Origin: an uncultured Nitrospirota bacterium
GTDB taxonomy: Bacteria > CG2-30-53-67
Direction: 5' to 3'
DNA: 58,611 bases
Assembly (NCBI GenBank): GCA_945786985.1
Contig: CALZGC010000003.1
Span: 1 to 58,611 of the forward strand
Shown here: piece after piece, positions 55,264-58,611 of the stretch
Layout of the letters: each line of letters starts with the position of its first letter
How positions within the stretch are numbered: the first letter of the stretch is position 1
Translations under genes and position numbers: made by a program
The notes under the pieces: model-generated
What the model was told of the DNA's origin: nothing
The model's input: only the letters and a program-made list of their open reading frames with translations
The model's database searches: none

Positions 55264-55831
55264 CCGCTTTCACCTCTTCCTCAACCTTGCACAAGATCGC
55301 GGGCAACAGGTCCGGCCAGGCCCGTTCCAGACGCTTGTCCAGGGTGTTGCGGACCCGCAGGCGGCCCTTCCGCCCCACCACCTCGAGGCCGCCCGAGATG
55401 TCGGGATCGGTGAGGACCCGGGCCCCGGGAAAAAGCCGGACCGCCCGGTCCCGGTCAACGGGATGGACCCGGACCTCCTCCCAGGCCTCCTCGGGCAGCT
55501 CATCTGCCAGCGCACGCAGCACCCTGTCGTTTTCGGGATTGCGCAAGTCCGCAAGGGACTGCCGGGCAAGTTGATAACACCGTTCAGCTAGCTGGCTCTT
55601 GGCCGCGGACCACATGTGGCGCTCCGTCCGTTCCGCTTCCATCCGGATCCCCTTGGTGAGAGAGGCCTGCGCCCGGACCTGAGCCCGGGCCTGCTCCACC
55701 TTGGTTGCTTCGACCCGGTTGGCCGCCTCCGCGCGGAGCCGCTGCGCCTCCGCTTCCACGTGGAGCCAGAGGGTGGCTGCCTTTTCTTCACCCTTGTCGC
55801 GCAGGGCATTCATGAGATCGAGATAACCCAT
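55247..55831 (-). CDS. V/A-type ATPase subunit E
   Basis: A long N-terminal coiled helix is followed by the C-terminal GGLEVVGRKGRLRVRNTLDKRLE motif typical of E subunits. Confidence 0.75.
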   Translation of the reverse strand: MGYLDLMNALRDKGEEKAATLWLHVEAEAQRLRAEAANRVEATKVEQARAQVRAQASLTKGIRMEAERTERHMWSAAKSQLAERCYQLARQSLADLRNPENDRVLRALADELPEEAWEEVRVHPVDRDRAVRLFPGARVLTDPDISGGLEVVGRKGRLRVRNTLDKRLERAWPDLLPAILCKVEEEVKAGEPSA

Positions 55832-55834
55832 GCG

Positions 55835-56068
55835 TCAGCCCATCATGAGAATCATGGCCGCAACCACGAAGCCGAGAATCACCATGGTCTCCGGAATGGC
55901 CAGTAGAATAATAATGGTGCCGGTGAGCTCGGGCTTCTCGGCCAGGGCACCGGCACCGGCCGAGCCGATCTTCGATTGGGCCCACGCGGTGGCCACGGCG
56001 CTTACACCGATAGCCAGTGCCGCCGCAAAGGCGATGAGAATCTTTTCGATGCCGGGTGCCGCTTCCAT
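55835..56068 (-). CDS. V/A-type ATPase proteolipid subunit K (single-hairpin c subunit, 77 aa)
   Basis: Two TM helices are present, with the ion-binding Glu in helix 2 (LLAIPETMVILGF) and a Gln in helix 1 (TAWAQSKIG). GGGAGGG lies upstream. Confidence 0.88.
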   Translation of the reverse strand: MEAAPGIEKILIAFAAALAIGVSAVATAWAQSKIGSAGAGALAEKPELTGTIIILLAIPETMVILGFVVAAMILMMG

Positions 56069-56079
56069 GATGTCCCTCC

Positions 56080-57963
56080 CTATTGTGTTTTTTCCAGTGG
56101 CCTGAATTTTCGGCCGCCCGGTTCCATGAACTTGCTGAAAAACTCCACGTAATGAAGCCGCAGAGAATGGATGGTCGGGGCGAAGACGCCGATTACGATA
56201 TTGACGCCGTGCAGCAGAATCGCTACCACCGCGCCGGCCAGCACACTGCCGGTGTGGCCGGCCAGTTCATTGGCAATATAGGCCAGGAGCACTGAAGTCA
56301 GACCGATGGCCATGATCCGGGTGTAGGAGATGATGTTCCCGAGGGTTTTGAACAGCTCCAGGGGAGCCATCAGGCCGCCGAAGATCAGCGCGGCCGGTCC
56401 CGCGATGAGGAGCGCCACCAGCAGCGATTTCCGCAGGGCCGCGGCCCCGGGGATCACGAAGGCCGCTGCCAGCAACGCCAGGCAGAGGATCAGAACAATC
56501 GTCGCCAGCTTGAACAGCGCCTCCCGTCTCAGACGCCGCTTGAGTGCCGAGACAAACCCGAAAACGAGACCAAGCGATACGTGCACGATCCCCACGGAAA
56601 CTGCGAAATAGATTGTGGTCATGATCGACTTGCGACGATCAAAACAGATCGGGTGCAACCCCAGGGCCTCGGCGACCTGCTCCCCGAAGCACTCGCCGAA
56701 GAGCCAGCCGAAAAAGAGAGTATAGACCGAGGCGATGAGGAGAATCTTGCCGGCGCTCTGCACGTTGGGCCGCTTTCGGAACACCCGGATGATCGTAAAT
56801 GCCGCAAGCGCGAGGAACAGGCCGTAGCCCATGTCCCCCAAAATCATGCCGAAGAAGATCGGAAAGAAGATCGCCAGAAATGGCGTCGGATCAAACGATG
56901 CATAGTGGGGCAGCGGCAGCAGCCTCGCGAAAAGTTCAAAGGGTTTGAAGTAGGGCGGGTTCTCGAGCACCACCGGCACACGCTCGAGATCCTGCTCCAG
57001 GATCTGTTTCTCCTCAACCACCACCTGCCCTGCAAAGCGCTCGTCCAGCGTCTTCCGGAGGCCGGCCAACGCCTCCGACGGCATCCACCCGTATATGACG
57101 AAACACATCTCCGTTTCAAATAGGGAAGCCGATGTCTGGTGCAGGGCGATCCAGTCCGACAGCCACTCCCGGACTTTCCGATAGAGGGGTGCCCATCGCT
57201 GTGCGAAGAGGGCCAGTTCCTTCTCCGCAGCGGTCACAGCCTCGGAAAGCTCGGTCAGCCGCCTTCGGGCCGCAACGATTTTCTCCGCAAAGGGAAGGGC
57301 TTCCAGATACGGCGGGAGGGAAAGCTCAGGCACCTGCTCGCCCCGCAGCGCGTCCCGAAGCGGTTCCAGCTTCTCCCTTTCGGTGGTGATCAGTGCAATG
57401 AAGGTTCCGGCAACCCGGCGGGCCGTCTGCATATGATACCGTTCCCGATTCAGCCGCGCCACGAGTCTGCGGATCTGCTCCAGCGCCTCCTCCGACTTGA
57501 CTTCCACGGCGACGAAATCAAGCCCGCCGTCGGGGCCGACCTCCCTCAGCAACGGCTCGGTGTCGCTCAAGAAAGACGCGTAGCGGTTGAGCTGCCGCAG
57601 CTCCGTCCGCAGGTGCTCCCGACGCCCGATGAGTGACTCGCAGGACTCCATATGTTTGGGGGCCAGCTTTGCCACCGAGTCGATGGCAACCTGCGGCGGC
57701 AGATAGACCTCCCGGACCGAATCCTCCGGAATGCCGGCCAGTATCGCATCGATCTTGTGGAGCAGTTCTTCGTAGAGCAACCCCTGCGCGAGGGAGGCCT
57801 CGTCATGGACCAGACACCTCACGTGAGGGGCGGCACCGGCGTTGACCCGCTTCAGCAGATCGCTTTCGATCTGCAGAATCCCCAGCTGCTGCACCACGGT
57901 GAGAACTTCCAGCAGCAGCGCTTTGGGCCCAATGATTTCGACTTTAGACATCCGGACGATCAT
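56080..57963 (-). CDS. V/A-type ATPase subunit I (a-like stator/ion-channel subunit)
   Basis: The MIVRMSKVEIIGPK N-terminus is typical of subunit I. A cytoplasmic coiled-coil half is followed by a polytopic membrane half with the conserved Arg context (HSLRLHYVEFFSKF). Confidence 0.85.
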   Translation of the reverse strand: MIVRMSKVEIIGPKALLLEVLTVVQQLGILQIESDLLKRVNAGAAPHVRCLVHDEASLAQGLLYEELLHKIDAILAGIPEDSVREVYLPPQVAIDSVAKLAPKHMESCESLIGRREHLRTELRQLNRYASFLSDTEPLLREVGPDGGLDFVAVEVKSEEALEQIRRLVARLNRERYHMQTARRVAGTFIALITTEREKLEPLRDALRGEQVPELSLPPYLEALPFAEKIVAARRRLTELSEAVTAAEKELALFAQRWAPLYRKVREWLSDWIALHQTSASLFETEMCFVIYGWMPSEALAGLRKTLDERFAGQVVVEEKQILEQDLERVPVVLENPPYFKPFELFARLLPLPHYASFDPTPFLAIFFPIFFGMILGDMGYGLFLALAAFTIIRVFRKRPNVQSAGKILLIASVYTLFFGWLFGECFGEQVAEALGLHPICFDRRKSIMTTIYFAVSVGIVHVSLGLVFGFVSALKRRLRREALFKLATIVLILCLALLAAAFVIPGAAALRKSLLVALLIAGPAALIFGGLMAPLELFKTLGNIISYTRIMAIGLTSVLLAYIANELAGHTGSVLAGAVVAILLHGVNIVIGVFAPTIHSLRLHYVEFFSKFMEPGGRKFRPLEKTQ

Positions 57964-58282
57964 CACCCGCCTCCGCTAGAATTTTTCGGATTGCCTGCCG
58001 GATGACCCGCTGCAGTGAAACGTCTTCCAGGCTTTCAAGACCATCGATCCATCGGCGCGTGCGGCTCACAATCTCCGCGGCTTTTCGCTCCGCGGCCGTT
58101 TTTGCCTCCGCTTCGACACGCCGGGCGCCAGCCTCCACATCAGCGAGGGCCGCCTGCAGGTTGGCCTCAATTTCCTGCTTCCGGTGCTCCAGCCAGTCCC
58201 GGGCCTTCTGGTGCTCCTCGCCCAACATCCGCTGAATCTCTCTTTCAACCTGGATGATAGACTCGAAACTCTTGGCTTCCAT
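57944..58282 (-). CDS. V/A-type ATPase subunit H/G-like (peripheral stalk)
   Basis: ORF trimmed to the ATG at 58282. The 112-aa protein is charged and helical (IIQVEREIQRMLGEEHQKARDWLEHRKQEIE). It is the first gene of the operon, as in ntp/atp V-type clusters. Confidence 0.55.
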   Translation of the reverse strand: MEAKSFESIIQVEREIQRMLGEEHQKARDWLEHRKQEIEANLQAALADVEAGARRVEAEAKTAAERKAAEIVSRTRRWIDGLESLEDVSLQRVIRQAIRKILAEAGDDRPDV

Positions 58283-58480
58283 GCATCGTCTCCCGGCCCG
58301 ACCATCGAGCAGCCCGGCGCCAGCCCTTTTCTGCACACAAAAAGGCCGAACCCCCCATGTGTCTCCTCAGGCAGTCCGGCCTTTAAGAATACAACTGACT
58401 ATCACCTTCCCGTTATGCTTTTCATAAGCCATGCATTTGCCCTCCTGTCAAGTACCGACCGCATGGCGCCGTTCCTTTAT

Positions 58481-58609
58481 TCAACCGGCTGCCGACAAAA
58501 GCCTTTTGAGCACGCCGCGGGGATGGACTTTTCCAACGGCCATGGGCCACTCCAACTCCCGCTTATCGCAGATCGTGCTATGGTTGAAGAAGCGCCGAAT
58601 GTCCTCCCG
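58481..58609 (-). CDS. Possible 3' end of an unidentified CDS entering from beyond the window end
   Basis: My translation is ...REDIRRFFNHSTICDKRELEWPMAVGKVHPRGVLKRLLSAAG*. This frame has a strong G/C third-position bias like the neighbouring genes. No homology is recognised. Confidence 0.3.
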   Translation of the reverse strand, partial: REDIRRFFNHSTICDKRELEWPMAVGKVHPRGVLKRLLSAAG

Positions 58610-58611
58610 AA

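Overview
GC-rich bacterial chromosomal window, almost entirely coding and dominated by minus-strand housekeeping operons. The gene content (two tetraheme cytochrome c3 paralogs, hyp [NiFe]-hydrogenase maturation genes, a V/A-type ATPase) suggests an anaerobic Desulfobacterota/deltaproteobacterium-like organism; this is inference. Left third: a secreted S8 protease, then a long co-directional array of proS, PHP, a hypothetical gene, nth, ispG, rseP, dxr, cdsA, uppS, frr, pyrH, tsf and rpsB. Middle: a cell-envelope block with a TPR-L,D-transpeptidase, a Csd4-like carboxypeptidase, a YdbH-like AsmA-family protein, an apparently fused YnbE-YdbL lipoprotein, and mlaE-F-D-A-C followed by a cNMP-binding-domain protein. 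It continues with gnd, OsmC, DUF547, TVP38, a c-di-GMP pair (REC-GAF-GGDEF and REC-PilZ), a sirtuin, a DRG-like GTPase, cytochrome c3, rtcA, a CBS protein and an HPF-cold-shock-domain fusion. Right third: two hypothetical exported proteins, a second cNMP-domain/cytochrome c3 pair, hypD-B-F-A and hypE, and a nine-gene V-type ATPase operon. I found no rRNA, tRNA, CRISPR array, transposase, integrase, phage genes or recognisable defence system, and I cannot point to a clear novel multi-gene system. The most unusual signal is a family of nested-palindromic MITE/REP-like intergenic elements. It comprises two full copies of about 180-215 bp, one internally deleted copy of about 100 bp, and three partial or degenerate copies. 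Their CTAG termini supply the stop codons of three neighbouring genes, and one copy sits exactly between hypE and hypA. CDS coordinates include the stop codon. Many starts were moved downstream of the longest-ORF start using Shine-Dalgarno (SD) sequences and homolog N-termini. All functional calls rest on motif recognition by eye, not on database searches.
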